Part shown: piece by piece, positions 34,801-52,800 of the stretch
Layout of the letters: every line of letters starts with the position of its first letter
Position numbering within the stretch: position 1 is the stretch's first letter
Assembly (NCBI GenBank): GCA_964016885.1
Contig: CAXHJY010000928.1
Location: 124,001 to 188,000 of the forward strand
Source of the DNA: Eledone cirrhosa
Lineage: Eukaryota
DNA length: 64,000 nucleotides
Reading direction: 5' to 3'
Made by a program: the position numbers and the translations under genes
The notes under the pieces: model-generated
Told to the model about the DNA's origin: nothing
Databases searched by the model: none
The model's input: the letters and a program-made list of their open reading frames with translations, nothing else

Positions 34801-37800
34801 TAGTGTACCTATTGTATACTGGATAGACACAGGAAGACAGTGTACCTATTGTATACTAGATATACACAGGGATACAGTGTACCTATTGTATACTGGATAT
34901 ACACAGGGATACAGTGTACCTATTGTATACTGGATATACACAGAAAGACAGTGTACCTATTGTATACTAGATATACACAGGGATACAGTGTACCTATTGT
35001 ATACTAGATATACACAGGGATACAGTGTAACTATTGTATACTAGATATACACAGGAAGAGAGTGTACCTATTGTATACTGGATATACACAGGGAGACAGT
35101 GTACCTATTGTATACTAGATATACACAGGAAGAGAGTGTACCTATTGTATACTGGATATACACAGGGAGACAGTGTACCTATTGTATGGTAGATATACAC
35201 AGGGATACAGTGTACCTATTGTATACTAGATATACACAGGGAGACAATGTACCTATTGTATACTGGATATACTCAGGGAGACAGTGTACCTATTGTATAC
35301 TAGATATACACAGGGATACAGTGTACCTATTGTATACTAGATATACACAGGGATACAGTGTACCTATTATATACTGGATATACACAGGAAGACAGTGTAC
35401 CTATTATATACTGGATATACACAGGAAGACAGTGTACCTATTGTATACTGGGTATACACAGGAATACAGTGTACCTATTGTATACTAGATATACACAGGG
35501 ATACAGTGTACCTATTGTATACTAGATATACACAGGAATACAGTGTACCTATTGTATACTAGATATACACAGGAAGACAGTGTACCTATTGTATACTAGA
35601 TATACACAGGAAGACAGTGTACCTATTGTATACTAGATATACACAGGGATACAGTGTACCTATTGTATACTAGATATACACAGGGAGACAGTATACCTAT
35701 TGTATACTAGATATACACAGGGATACAGTGTACCTATTGTATACTAGATATACAGAGGGATACAGTGTACCTATTGTATACTAGATATACACAGGGATAC
35801 AGTGTACCTATTGTATACTAGATATACACAGGGAGACAGTGTATCTATTGTATACTAGATATACACAGGGATACAGTGTACCTATCGTATACTAGATATA
35901 CACAGGGATACAGTGTACCTATTGTATACTGGATATACACAGGAAGACAGTGTACCTATTGTATACTAGATATACACAGGGATACAGTGTACCTATTGTA
36001 TACTAGATATACACAGGGAGACAGTGTACCTATTGTATACTGGATATACACAGGGAGACAGTGTACCTATTGTATACTAGATATACACAGGGATACACTG
36101 TACCTATTGTATACTAGATATAGACAGGGATACACTGTACCTATTGTATACTAGATATACACAGGGATACAGTGTACCTATTGTATACTAGATATATACA
36201 GGGAGACAGTGTACCTATTGTATACTAGATATACACAGGAAGACAGTGTACCTATTGTATACTAGATATACACAGGGAGACAGTGTACATATTGTATACT
36301 AGACATACACAGGGATACAGTGTACCTATTGTATACTAGATATACACAGGGATACAGTGTACCTATTGTATACTAGATATACACAGGAAGACAGTGTACC
36401 TATTGTATACTAGATATACACAGGAAGACAGTGTACCTATTGTATACTAGATATACACAGGGAGACAGTGTACCTATTGTATACTAGATATACACAGGGA
36501 GACAGTGTACCTATTGTATACTAGATATACACAGGGAGACAGTGTACCTATTGTATACTAGATATACACAGGGATACAGTGTACCTATTGTATACTAGAT
36601 ATACACAGGGAGACAGTGTACCTATTGTATACTAGATATACACAGGAAGACAGTGTACCTATTGTATACTAGATATACACAGGAAGACAGTGTACCTATT
36701 GTATACTAGATATACACAGGAAGACAGTGTACCTATTGTATACTAGATATACACAGGAAGACAGTGTACCTATTGTATACTAGATATACACTGGGATACA
36801 GAGTACCTATTGTATATAGATATACACGGATACAGTGTACCTATTGTATACTAGATATACAGAGGAAGACAGTGTACCTATTGTATACTTGATATACACA
36901 GGAAGACAGTGTACCTATTGTATACTAGATATACACAGGAATACAGTGTACCTATTGTATACTAGATATACACAGGGATACAGTGTACCTATTGTATACT
37001 AGATATACACAGGTATACAGTGTACCTATCGTATACTAGATATACACAGGGATACAGTGTACCTATCGTATACTAGATATACACAGGTATACAGTGTACC
37101 TATCGTATACTAGATATACACAGGAATACAGTGTACCTATTGTATACTAGATATACACAGGGATACAGTGTACCTATCGTATACTAGATATACACAGGGA
37201 TACAGTGTACCTTTTGTATACTAGATATACACAGGAAGACAGTGTACCTATTGTATACTAGATATACACAGGGAGACAGTGTACCTATTGTATACTAGAT
37301 ATACACAGGAATACAGTGTACCTATTGTATACTAGATATACACAGGAAGACAGTGTAGCTATTGTATACTAGATATACACAGGGATACAGTGTACCTATT
37401 GTATACTAGATATACACAGGGAGACAGTATACCTATTGTATACTAGATATACACAGGGATACAGTGTACCTATTGTATACTAGATATACACAGGGATACA
37501 GTGTACCTATTGTATACTGGATATACACAGGGATACAGTGTACCTATTGTATACTGGATATACACAGGGAGACAGTGTACCTATTGTATACTAGATATAC
37601 ACAGGGATACAGTGTACCTATTGTATACTAGATATACACAGGAAGAGAGTGTACCTATTGTATACTAGATATACACAGGAAGACAGTGTACCTATTGTAT
37701 ACTAGATATACACAGGAAGACAGTGTACCTATTGTATACTAGATATACACAGGAAGACAGTGTACCTATTGTATACTAGATATACACAGGAAGACAGTGT

Positions 37801-40800
37801 ACCTATTGTATACTGGATATACACAGGAATACAGTGTACCTATTGTATACTAGATATACACAAGACAGTGTACCTATTGTATACGAGATATACACAGGGA
37901 TACAGTGTACCTATTGTATACTGGATATACACAGGGATACAGTGTACCTATTGTATACTAGATATACACAGGGATACAGTGTACCTATTGTATACTAGAT
38001 ATACACAGGGATACAGTGTACCTATTGTATACTAGATATACACAGGGATACAGTGTACCTATTGTATACTAGATATACACAAGACAGTGTACCTATTGTA
38101 TACTAGATATACACAGGGATACAGTGTACCTATTGTATACTGGATATACACAGGGATACAGTGTACCTATTGTATACTGGATATACACAGGGATACAGTG
38201 TACCTATTGTATACTAGATATACACAGGGATACAGTGTACCTATTGTATACTAGATATACACAGGGATACAGTGTACCTATTGTATACTGGATATACACA
38301 GGGATACAGTGTACCTATTGTATACTAGATATACACAGGGATACAGTGTACCTATTGTATACTAGATATACACAGGAAGACAGTGTACCTATTGTATACT
38401 AGATATACACAGGGAGACAGTGTACCTATTGTATACTAGATATACACAGGGAGACAGTGTACCTATTGTATACTAGATATACACAGGGATACAGTGTACC
38501 TATCGTATACTAGATATACACAGGGATACAGTGTTCCTATCGTATACTGGATATACACAGGAAGACAGTGTACCTATTGTATACTAGATATACACAGGGA
38601 TACAGTGTACCTATTGTATACTAGATATACACAGGGAGACAGTGTACCTATTGTATACTAGATATACACAGGGATACAGTGTACCTATTGTATACTAGAT
38701 ATACACAGGGATACAGTGTACCTATCGTATACTAGATATACACAGGAATACAGTGTACCTATTGTATACTAGATATACACAGGAATACAGTGTACCTATT
38801 GTATACTAGATATACACAGGGATACAGTGTACATTGTATACTAGATATACACAGGGAGACAGTGTACCTATTGTATACTAGATATACACAGGGATACAGT
38901 GTACCTATTGTATACTAGATATACACAGGGAGACAGTGTACCTATTGTATACTAGATATACACAGGAAGACAGTGTACCTATTGTATACTAGATATACAC
39001 AGGAAGACAGTGTACCTATTGTATACTAGATATACACATGAAGACAGTGTACCTATTGTATACTAGATATACACAGGAAGACAGTGTACCTATTGTATAC
39101 TAGATATACACAGGGATACAGTGTACCTATTGTATATAGATATACACAGGGATACAGTGTACCTATTGTATACTAGATATACACAGGAAGACAGTGTACC
39201 TATTGTATACTAGATATATACAGGAAGACAGTGTACCTATTGTATACTAGATATACACAGGAATACAGTGTACCTATTGTATACTAGATATACACAGGGA
39301 TACAGTGTACCTATTGTATACTAGATATACACAGGTATACAGTGTACCTATCGTATACTAGATATACACAGGGATACAGTGTACCTATCGTATACTAGAT
39401 ATACACAGGTATACAGTGTACCTATCGTATACTAGATATACACAGGAATACAGTGTACCTATTGTATACTAGATATACACAGGGATACAGTGTACCTATT
39501 GTATACTAGATATACACAGGGATACAGTGTACCTATTGTATACTGGATATACACAGGGATACAGTGTACCTATTGTATACTAGATATACACAGGGATACA
39601 GTGTACCTATTGTATACTAGATATACACAGGGAGACAGTGTACCTATTGTATACTAGATATACACAGGGAGACAGTATACCTATTGTATACTAGATATAC
39701 ACAGGGATACAGTGTACCTATAGTATACTAGATATATACAGGGAGACAGTGTACCTATTGTATACTAGATATACACAGGAAGACAGTGTACCTATTGTAT
39801 ACTAGATATACACAGGGAGACAGTGTACCTATTGTATACTGGATATACACAGGGAGACAGTGTACCTATTGTATACTAGATATACACAGGGATACAGTGT
39901 ACCTATTGTATACTAGATATACACAGGTATACCGTGTACCTATTGTATACTAGATATACACAGGGATACAGTGTACCTATTGTATACTAGATATACACAG
40001 GGATACAGTGTACCTATCGTATACTAGATATACACAGGGATACAGTGTACCTATCGTATACTAGATATACACAGGAATACAGTGTACCTATTGTATACTA
40101 GATATACACAGGAATACAGTGTACCTATTGTATACTAGATATACACAGGGATACAGTGTATTTATCGTATACTAGATATACACAGGGATACAGTGTACCT
40201 ATCGTATACTAGATATACACAGGAAGACAGTGTACCTATTGTATACTAGATATACACAGGAATACAGTGTACCTATTGTATACTAGATATACACAGGAAT
40301 ACAGTGTACCTATTGTATACTAGATATACACAGGAATACAGTGTACCTATTGTATACTAGATATACACAGGGATACAGTGTACCTATTGTATACTAGATA
40401 TACACAGGAAGACAGTGTACCTATTGTATACTAGATATACACAGGGATACAGTGTACCTATCGTATACTAGATATACACAGGGATACAGTGTACCTATCG
40501 TATACTAGATATACAGAGGAAGACAGTGTACCTATTGTATACTAGATATACACAGGAATACAGTGTACCTATTGTATACTAGATATACACAGGAATACAG
40601 TGTACCTATTGTATACTAGATATACACAGGGATACAGTGTACCTATTGTATACTAGATATACACAGGGATACAGTGTACCTATTGTATACTAGATATACA
40701 CAGGGAGACAGTGTACCTATTGTATACTAGATATACACAGGGAGACAGTGTACCTATTGTATACTAGATATACACAGGGATACAGTGTACCTATTGTATA

Positions 40801-43800
40801 CTAGATATACACAGGGATACAGTGTACCTATCGTATACTGGATATACACAGGAAGACAGTGTACCTATTGTATACTAGATATACACAGGGATACAGTGTA
40901 CCTATTGTATACTAGATATACACAGGGAGACAGTGTACCTATTGTATACTGGATATACACAGGGAGACAGTGTACCTATTGTATACTAGATATACACAGG
41001 GATACAGTGTACCTATTGTATACTAGATATACACAGGTATACAGTGTACCTATTGTATACTAGATATACACAGGTATACAGTGTACCTATTGTATACTAG
41101 ATATACACAGAGATACAGTGTACCTATTGTATACTAGATATACACAGGTATACAGTGTACCTATTGTATACTAGATATACACAGGGAGACAGTGTACCTA
41201 TTGTATACTAGATATACACAGGGAGACAGTGTACCTATTGTATACTAGATATACACAGGAATACAGTGTACCTATTGTATACTAGATATACACAGGAATA
41301 CAGTGTACCTATTGTATACTAGATATACACAGGGATACAGTGTACCTATTGTATACTAGATATACACAGGGAGACAGTGTACCTATTGTATACTAGATAT
41401 ACACAGGGAGACAGTATACCTATTGTATACTAGATATACACAGGGATACAGTGTACCTATTGTATACTAGATATACACAGGGAGACAGTGTACCTATAGT
41501 ATACTAGATATATACAGGGAGACAGTGTACCTATTGTATACTAGATATACACAGGAAGACAGTGTACCTATTGTATACTAGATATACACAGGGAGACAGT
41601 GTACCTATTGTATACTGGATATACACAGGAAGACAGTGTACCTATTGTATACTAGATATACACAGGGATACAGTGTACCTATTGTATACTAGATATACAC
41701 AGGTATACCGTGTACCTATTGTATACTAGATATACACAGGGATACAGTGTACCTATTGTATACTAGATATACACAGTTATACAGTGTACCTATCGTATAC
41801 TAGATATACACAGGGATACAGTGTACCTATCGTATACTAGATATACACAGGAATACAGTGTACCTATTGTATACTAGATATACACAGGAATACAGTGTAC
41901 CTATTGTATACTAGATATACACAGGAAGACAGTGTACCTATTGTATACTAGATATACACAGGAATACAGTGTACCTATTGTATACTAGATATACACAGGA
42001 ATACAGTGTACCTATTGTATACTAGATATACACAGGAATACAGTGTACCTATTGTATACTAGATATACACAGGGATACAGTGTACCTATTGTATACTAGA
42101 TATACACAGGGATACAGTGTACCTATTGTATACTAGATATACACAGGAAGACAGTGTACCTATTGTATACTAGATATACACAGGGATACAGTGTACCTAT
42201 CGTATACTAGATATACACAGGGATACAGTGTACCTATTGTATACTAGATATACAGAGGAAGACAGTGTACCTATTGTATACTAGATATACACAGGAATAC
42301 AGTGTACCTATTGTATACTAGATATACACAGGAATACAGTGTACCTATTGTATACTAGATATACACAGGGATACAGTGTACCTATTGTATACTAGATATA
42401 CACAGGGATACAGTGTACCTATTGTATACTAGATATACACAGGGAGACAGTGTACCTATTGTATACTAGATATACACAGGGAGACAGTGTACCTATTGTA
42501 TACTAGATATACACAGGGATACAGTGTACCTATTGTATACTAGATATACACAGGGATACAGTGTACCTATCGTATACTGGATATACACAGGAAGACAGTG
42601 TACCTATTGTATACTAGATATACACAGGGATACAGTGTACCTATTGTATACTAGATATACACAGGGAGACAGTGTACCTATTGTATACTGGATATACACA
42701 GGGAGACAGTGTACCTATTGTATACTAGATATACACAGGAATACAGTGTACCTATTGTATACTAGATATACACAGGAATACAGTGTACCTATTGTATACT
42801 AGATATACACAGGAATACAGTGTACCTATTGTATACTAGATATACACAGGGATACAGTGTACCTATTGTATACTAGATATACACAGGAATACAGTGTACC
42901 TATTGTATACTAGATATACACAGGAATACAGTGTACCTATTGTATACTAGATATACACAGGGATACAGTGTACCTATTGTATACTAGATATACACAGGGA
43001 TACAGTGTACCTATTGTATACTAGATATACACAGTAAGACAGTGTACCTATTGTATACTAGATATACACAGGGATACAGTGTACCTATCGTATACTAGAT
43101 ATACACAGGGATACAGTGTACCTATTGTATACTAGATATACAGAGGAAGACAGTGTACCTATTGTATACTAGATATACACAGGAATACAGTGTACCTATT
43201 GTATACTAGATATACACAGGAATACAGTGTACCTATTGTATACTAGATATACACAGGGATACAGTGTACCTATTGTATACTAGATATACACAGGGATACA
43301 GTGTACCTATTGTATACTAGATATACACAGGGAGACAGTGTACCTATTGTATACTAGATATACACAGGGAGACAGTGTACCTATTGTATACTAGATATAC
43401 ACAGGGATACAGTGTACCTATTGTATACTAGATATACACAGGGATACAGTGTACCTATCGTATACTGGATATACACAGGAAGACAGTGTACCTATTGTAT
43501 ACTAGATATACACAGGGATACAGTGTACCTATTGTATACTAGATATACACAGGGAGACAGTGTACCTATTGTATACTGGATATACACAGGGAGACAGTGT
43601 ACCTATTGTATACTAGATATACACAGGGATACAGTTAACCTATTGTATACTAGATATACACAGGTATACAGTGTACCTATTGTATACTAGATATACACAG
43701 GGATACAGTGTACCTATTGTATACTAGATATACACAGAGATACAGTGTACCTATTGTATACTAGATATACACAGGTATACAGTGTACCTATTGTATACTA

Positions 43801-46800
43801 GATATACACAGGGAGACAGTGTACCTATTGTATACTAGATATACACAGGGAGACAGTGTACCTATTGTATACTAGATATACACAGGAATACAGTGTACCT
43901 ATTGTATACTAGATATACACAGGAATACAGTGTACCTATTGTATACTAGATATACACAGGGATACAGTGTACCTATTGTATACTAGATATACACAGGGAT
44001 ACAGTGTACCTATTGTATACTGGATATACACAGGGATACAGTGTACCTATTGTATACTGGATATACACAGGGATACAGTGTACCTATTGTATACTAGATA
44101 TACACAGGAAGACAGTGTACCTATTGTATACTAGATATACACAGGAAGACAGTGTACCTATTGTATACTAGATATACACAGGGATACAGTGTACCTATCG
44201 TATACTAGATATACACAGGGATACAGTGTACCTATTGTATACTAGATATACAGAGGAAGACAGTGTACCTATTGTATACTAGATATACACAGGGAGACAG
44301 AGTACCTATTGTATACTAGATATACACAGGAATACAGTGTACCTATTGTATACTAGATATACACAGGAATAAAGTGTACCTATTGTATACTAGATATACA
44401 CAGGGATACAGTGTACCTATTGTATACTAGATATACACAGGGATACAGTGTACCTATTGTATACTAGATATACACAGGGATACAGTGTACCTATTGTATA
44501 CTAGATATACACAGGGAGACAGTATACCTATTGTATACTAGATATACACAGGGATACAGTGTACCTATTGTATACTAGATATACACAGGGATACAGTGTA
44601 CCTATTGTATACTAGATATACACAGGGATACAGTGTACCTATTGTATACTGGATATACACAGGGATACAGTGTACCTATTGTATACTAGATATACACAGG
44701 GATACAGTGTACCTATTGTATACTAGATATACACAGGGAGACAGTGTACCTATTGTATACTAGATATACACAGGGAGACAGTATACCTATTGTATACTAG
44801 ATATACACAGGGATACAGTGTACCTATTGTATACTAGATATACACAGGGAGACAGTGTACCTATTGTATACTAGATATATACAGGGAGACAGTGTACCTA
44901 TTGTATACTAGATATACACAGGAAGACAGTGTACCTATTGTATACTAGATATACACAGGGAGACAGTGTACCTATTGTATACTGGATATACACAGGGAGA
45001 CAGTGTACCTATTGTATACTGGATATACACAGGAAGACAGTGTACCTATTGTATACTAGATATACACAGGGATACAGTGTACCTATTGTATACTAGATAT
45101 ACACAGGTATACAGTGTACCTATTGTATACTAGATATACACAGGGATACAGTGTACCTATTGTATACTAGATATACACAGGGATACAGTGTACCTATCGT
45201 ATACTAGATATACACAGGGATACAGTGTACCTATCGTATACTAGATATACACAGGGATACAGTGTACCTATCGTATACTAGATATACACAGGAATACAGT
45301 GTACCTATTGTATACTAGATATACACAGGGATACAGTGTACCTATCGTATACTAGATATACACAGGGATACAGTGTACCTATCGTATACTAGATATACAC
45401 AGGAAGACAGTGTACCTATCGTATACTAGATATACACAGGAATACAGTGTACCTATTGTATACTAGATATACACAGGAATACAGTGTACCTATTGTATAC
45501 TAGATATACACAGGAATACAGTGTACCTATTGTATACTAGATATACACAGGGATACAGTGTACCTATTGTATACTAGATATACACAGGGATACAGTGTAC
45601 CTATTGTATGCTGGATATACACAGGGATACAGTGTACCTATTGTATACTAGATATACACAGGGATACAGTGTACCTATTGTATACTAGATATACACAGGG
45701 ATACAGTGTACCTATTGTATACTAGATATACACAGGAAGACAGTGTACCTATTGTATACTAGATATACACAGGGATACAGTGTACCTATCGTATACTAGA
45801 TATACACAGGGATACAGTGTACCTATTGTATACTAGATATACAGAGGAAGACAGTGTACCTATTGTATACTAGATATACACAGGAATACAGTGTACCTAT
45901 TGTATACTAGATATACACAGGAATACAGTGTACCTATTGTATACTAGATATACACAGGGATACAGTGTACCTATTGTATACTAGATATACACAGGGATAC
46001 AGTGTACCTATTGTATACTAGATATACACAGGGAGACAGTGTACCTATTGTATACTAGATATACACAGGGAGACAGTGTACCTATTGTATACTAGATATA
46101 CACAGGGATACAGTGTACCTATTGTATACTAGATATACACAGGGATACAGTGTACCTATCGTATACTGGATATACACAGGAAGACAGTGTACCTATCGTA
46201 TACTAGATATACACAGGGATACAGTGTACCTATTGTATACTAGATATACACAGGGAGACAGTGTACCTATTGTATACTGGATATACACAGGGAGACAGTG
46301 TACCTATTGTATACTAGATATACACAGGGATACAGTGTACCTATTGTATACTAGATATACACAGGTATACAGTGTACCTATTGTATACTAGATATACACA
46401 GGGATACAGTGTACCTATTGTATACTAGATATACACAGAGATACAGTGTACCTATTGTATACTAGATATACACAGGTATACAGTGTACCTATTGTATACT
46501 AGATATACACAGGGAGACAGTGTACCTATTGTATACTAGATATACACAGGGAGACAGTGTACCTATTGTATACTAGATATACACAGGAATACAGTGTACC
46601 TATTGTATACTAGATATACACAGGAATACAGTGTACCTATTGTATACTAGATATACACAGGGATACAGTGTACCTATTGTATACTAGATATACACAGGGA
46701 TACAGTGTACCTATTGTATACTGGATATACACAGGGATACAGTGTACCTATTGTATACTGGATATACACAGGGATACAGTGTACCTATTGTATACAGATA

Positions 46801-49800
46801 TACACAGGAAGACAGTGTACCTATTGTATACTAGATATACACAGGAAGACAGTGTACCTATTGTATACTAGATATACACAGGGATACAGTGTACCTATCG
46901 TATACTAGATATACACAGGGATACAGTGTACCTATTGTATACTAGATATACAGAGGAAGACAGTGTACCTATTGTATACTAGATATACACAGGGAGACAG
47001 AGTACCTATTGTATACTAGATATACACAGGAATGCAGTGTACCTATTGTATACTAGATATACACAGGAATAAAGTGTACCTATTGTATACTAGATATACA
47101 CAGGGATACAGTGTACCTATTGTATACTAGATATACACAGGGATACAGTGTACCTATTGTATACTAGATATACACAGGGATACAGTGTACCTATTGTATA
47201 CTAGATATACACAGGGATACAGTGTACCTATTGTATACTAGATATACACAGGGAGACAGTGTACCTATTGTATACTAGATATACACAGGGAGACAGTATA
47301 CCTATTGTATACTAGATATACACAGGGATACAGTGTACCTATTGTATACTAGATATACACAGGGAGACAGTGTACCTATTGTATACTAGATATATACAGG
47401 GAGACAGTGTACCTATTGTATACTAGATATACACAGGAAGACAGTGTACCTATTGTATACTAGATATACACAGGGAGACAGTGTACCTATTGTATACTGG
47501 ATATACACAGGGAGACAGTGTACCTATTGTATACTGGATATACACAGGAAGACAGTGTACCTATTGTATACTAGATATACACAGGGATACAGTGTACCTA
47601 TTGTATACTAGATATACACAGGTATACAGTGTACCTATTGTATACTAGATATACACAGGGATACAGTGTACCTATTGTATACTAGATATACACAGGGATA
47701 CAGTGTACCTATCGTATACTAGATATACACAGGGGATACAGTGTACCTATCGTATACTAGATATACACAGGGATACAGTGTACCTATCGTATACTAGATA
47801 TACACAGGAATACAGTGTACCTATTGTATACTAGATATACACAGGGATACAGTGTACCTATCGTATACTAGATATACACAGGGATACAGTGTACCTATCG
47901 TATACTAGATATACACAGGAAGACTTGTACCTATCGTATACTAGATATACACAGGAATACAGTGTACCTATTGTATACTAGATATACACAGGAATACAGT
48001 GTACCTATTGTATACTAGATATACACAGGAATACAGTGTACCTATTGTATACTAGATATACACAGGGATACAGTGTACCTATTGTATACTAGATATACAC
48101 AGGGATACAGTGTACCTATTGTATACTGGATATACACAGGGATACAGTGTACCTATTGTATACTAGATATACACAGGGATACAGTGTACCTATTGTATAC
48201 TAGATATACACAGGGATACAGTGTACCTATTGTATACTAGATATACACAGGAAGACAGTGTACCTATTGTATACTAGATATACACAGGGATACAGTGTAC
48301 CTATCGTATACTAGATATACACAGGGATACAGTGTACCTATTGTATACTAGATATACAGAGGAAGACAGTGTACCTATTGTATACTAGATATACACAGGA
48401 ATACAGTGTACCTATTGTATACTAGATATACACAGGAATACAGTGTACCTATTGTATACTAGATATACACAGGGATACAGTGTACCTATTGTATACTAGA
48501 TATACACAGGGATACAGTGTACCTATTGTATACTAGATATACACAGGGAGACAGTGTACCTATTGTATACTAGATATACACAGGGAGACAGTGTACCTAT
48601 TGTATACTAGATATACAGAGGGATACAGTGTACCTATTGTATACTAGATATACACAGGGATACAGTGTACCTATCGTATACTGGATATACACAGGAAGAC
48701 AGTGTACCTATCGTATACTAGATATACACAGGGATACAGTGTACCTATTGTATACTAGATATACACAGGGAGACAGTGTACCTATTGTATACTGGATATA
48801 CACAGGGAGACAGTGTACCTATTGTATACTAGATATACACAGGGATACAGTGTACCTATTGTATACTAGATATACACAGGTATACAGTGTACCTATTGTA
48901 TACTAGATATACACAGGGATACAGTGTACCTATTGTATACTAGATATACACAGAGATACAGTGTACCTATTGTATACTAGATATACACAGGTATACAGTG
49001 TACCTATTGTATACTAGATATACACAGGGAGACAGTGTACCTATTGTATACTAGATATACACAGGGAGACAGTGTACCTATTGTATACTAGATATACACA
49101 GGGAGACAGTGTACCTATTGTATACTAGATATACACAGGAATACAGTGTACCTATTGTATACTAGATATACACAGGAATACAGTGTACCTATTGTATACT
49201 AGATATACACAGGGATACAGTGTACCTATTGTATACTAGATATACACAGGGATACAGTGTACCTATTGTATACTGGATATACACAGGGATACAGTGTACC
49301 TATTGTATACTGGATATACACAGGGATACAGTGTACCTATTGTATACTAGATATACACAGGAAGACAGTGTACCTATTGTATACTAGATATACACAGGAA
49401 GACAGTGTACCTATTGTATACTAGATATACACAGGGATACAGTGTACCTATCGTATACTAGATATACACAGGGATACAGTGTACCTATTGTATACTAGAT
49501 ATACAGAGGAAGACAGTGTACCTATTGTATACTAGATATACACAGGGAGACAGAGTACCTATTGTATACTAGATATACACAGGAATACAGTGTACCTATT
49601 GTATACTAGATATACACAGGAATAAAGTGTACCTATTGTATACTAGATATACACAGGGATACAGTGTACCTATTGTATACTAGATATACACAGGGATACA
49701 GTGTACCTATTGTATACTAGATATACACAGGGATACAGTGTACCTATTGTATACTAGATATACACAGGGAGACAGTATACCTATTGTATACTAGATATAC

Positions 49801-52800
49801 ACAGGGATACAGTGTACCTATTGTATACTAGATATACACAGGGATACAGTGTACCTATTGTATACTAGATATACACAGGGATACAGTGTACCTATTGTAT
49901 ACTGGATATACACAGGGATACAGTGTACCTATTGTATACTAGATATACACAGGGATACAGTGTACCTATTGTATACTAGATATACACAGGGAGACAGTGT
50001 ACCTATTGTATACTAGATATACACAGGGAGACAGTATACCTATTGTATACTAGATATACACAGGGATACAGTGTACCTATTGTATACTAGATATACACAG
50101 GGAGACAGTGTACCTATTGTATACTAGATATATACAGGGAGACAGTGTACCTATTGTATACTAGATATACACAGGAAGACAGTGTACCTATTGTATACTA
50201 GATATACACAGGGAGACAGTGTACCTATTGTATACTGGATATACACAGGGAGACAGTGTACCTATTGTATACTGGATATACACAGGAAGACAGTGTACCT
50301 ATTGTATACTAGATATACACAGGGATACAGTGTACCTATTGTATACTAGATATACACAGGTATACAGTGTACCTATTGTATACTAGATATACACAGGGAT
50401 ACAGTGTACCTATTGTATACTAGATATACACAGGGATACAGTGTACCTATCGTATACTAGATATACACAGGGATACAGTGTACCTATCGTATACTAGATA
50501 TACACAGGAATACAGTGTACCTATTGTATACTAGATATACACAGGAATACAGTGTACCTATTGTATACTAGATATACACAGGGATACAGTGTGCCTATCG
50601 TATACTAGATATACACAGGGATACAGTGTACCTATCGTATACTAGATATACACAGGAAGACAGTGTACCTATTGTATACTAGATATACACAGGAATACAG
50701 TGTACCTATTTTATACTAGATATACACAGGAATACAGTGTACCTATTGTATACTAGATATACACAGGGATACAGTGTACCTATTGTATACTAGATATACA
50801 CAGGGATACAGTGTACCTATTGTATACTAGATATACACAGGGATACAGTGTACCTATTGTATACTGGATATACACAGGGATACAGTGTACCTATTGTATA
50901 CTAGATATACACAGGGATACAGTGTACCTATTGTATACTAGATATACACAGGGATACAGTGTACCTATTGTATACTAGATATACACAGGAAGACAGTGTA
51001 CCTATTGTATACTAGATATACACAGGGATACAGTGTACCTATCGTATACTAGATATACACAGGGATACAGTGTACCTATTGTATACTAGATATACAGAGG
51101 AAGACAGTGTACCTATTGTATACTAGATATACACAGGAATACAGTGTACCTATTGTATACTAGATATACACAGGAATACAGTGTACCTATTGTATACTAG
51201 ATATACACAGGGATACAGTGTACCTATTGTATACTAGATATACACAGGGATACAGTGTACCTATTGTATACTAGATATACACAGGGAGACAGTGTACCTA
51301 TTGTATACTAGATATACACAGGGATACAGTGTACCTATCGTATACTAGATATACACAGGGATACAGTGTTCCTATCGTATACTGGATATACACAGGAAGA
51401 CAGTGTACCTATTGTATACTAGATATACACAGGGATACAGTGTACCTATTGTATACTAGATATACACAGGGAGACAGTGTACCTATTGTATACTGGATAT
51501 ACACAGGAAGACAGTGTACCTATTGTATACTAGATATACACAGGGATACAGTGTACCTATTGTATACTAGATATACACAGGTATACAGTGTACCTATTGT
51601 ATACTAGATATACACAGGGATACAGTGTACCTATTGTATACTAGATATACACAGGGATACAGTGTACCTATTGTATACTAGATATACACAGGTATATAGT
51701 GTACCTATTGTATACTGGATATACACAGGGAGACAGTGTACCTATTGTATGGTAGATATACACAGGGATACAGTGTACCTATTGTATGCTAGATATACAC
51801 AGGGATACAGTGTACCTATTGTATACTAGATATACACAGGGAGACAATGTACCTATTGTATACTGGATATACTCAGGGAGACAGTGTACCTATTGTATAC
51901 TAGATATACACAGGGATACAGTGTACCTATTGTATACTAGATATACACAGGGATACAGTGTACCTATTATATACTGGATATACACAGGAAGACAGTGTAC
52001 CTATTATATACTGGATATACACAGGAAGACAGTGTACCTATTGTATACTGGGTATACACAGGAATACAGTGTACCTATTGTATACTAGATATACACAGGG
52101 ATACAGTGTACCTATTGTATACTAGATATACACAGGGATACAGTGTACCTATTGTATACTAGATATACACAGGAATACAGTGTACCTATTGTATACTAGA
52201 TATACACAGGAAGACAGTGTACCTATTGTATACTAGATATACACAGGAAGACAGTGTACCTATTGTATACTAGATATACACAGGGATACAGTGTACCTAT
52301 TGTATACTAGATATACACAGGGAGACAGTATACCTATTGTATACTAGATATACACAGGGATACAGTGTACCTATTGTATACTAGATATACAGAGGGATAC
52401 AGTGTACCTATTGTATACTAGATATACACAGGGATACAGTGTACCTATTGTATACTAGATATACACAGGGAGACAGTGTATCTATTGTATACTAGATATA
52501 CACAGGGATACAGTGTACCTATCGTATACTAGATATACACAGGGATACAGTGTACCTATTGTATACTGGATATACACAGGAAGACAGTGTACCTATTGTA
52601 TACTAGATATACACAGGGATACAGTGTACCTATTGTATACTAGATATACACAGGGAGACAGTGTACCTATTGTATACTGGATATACACAGGGAGACAGTG
52701 TACCTATTGTATACTAGATATACACAGGGATACACTGTACCTATTGTATACTAGATATAGACAGGGATACACTGTACCTATTGTATACTAGATATACACA

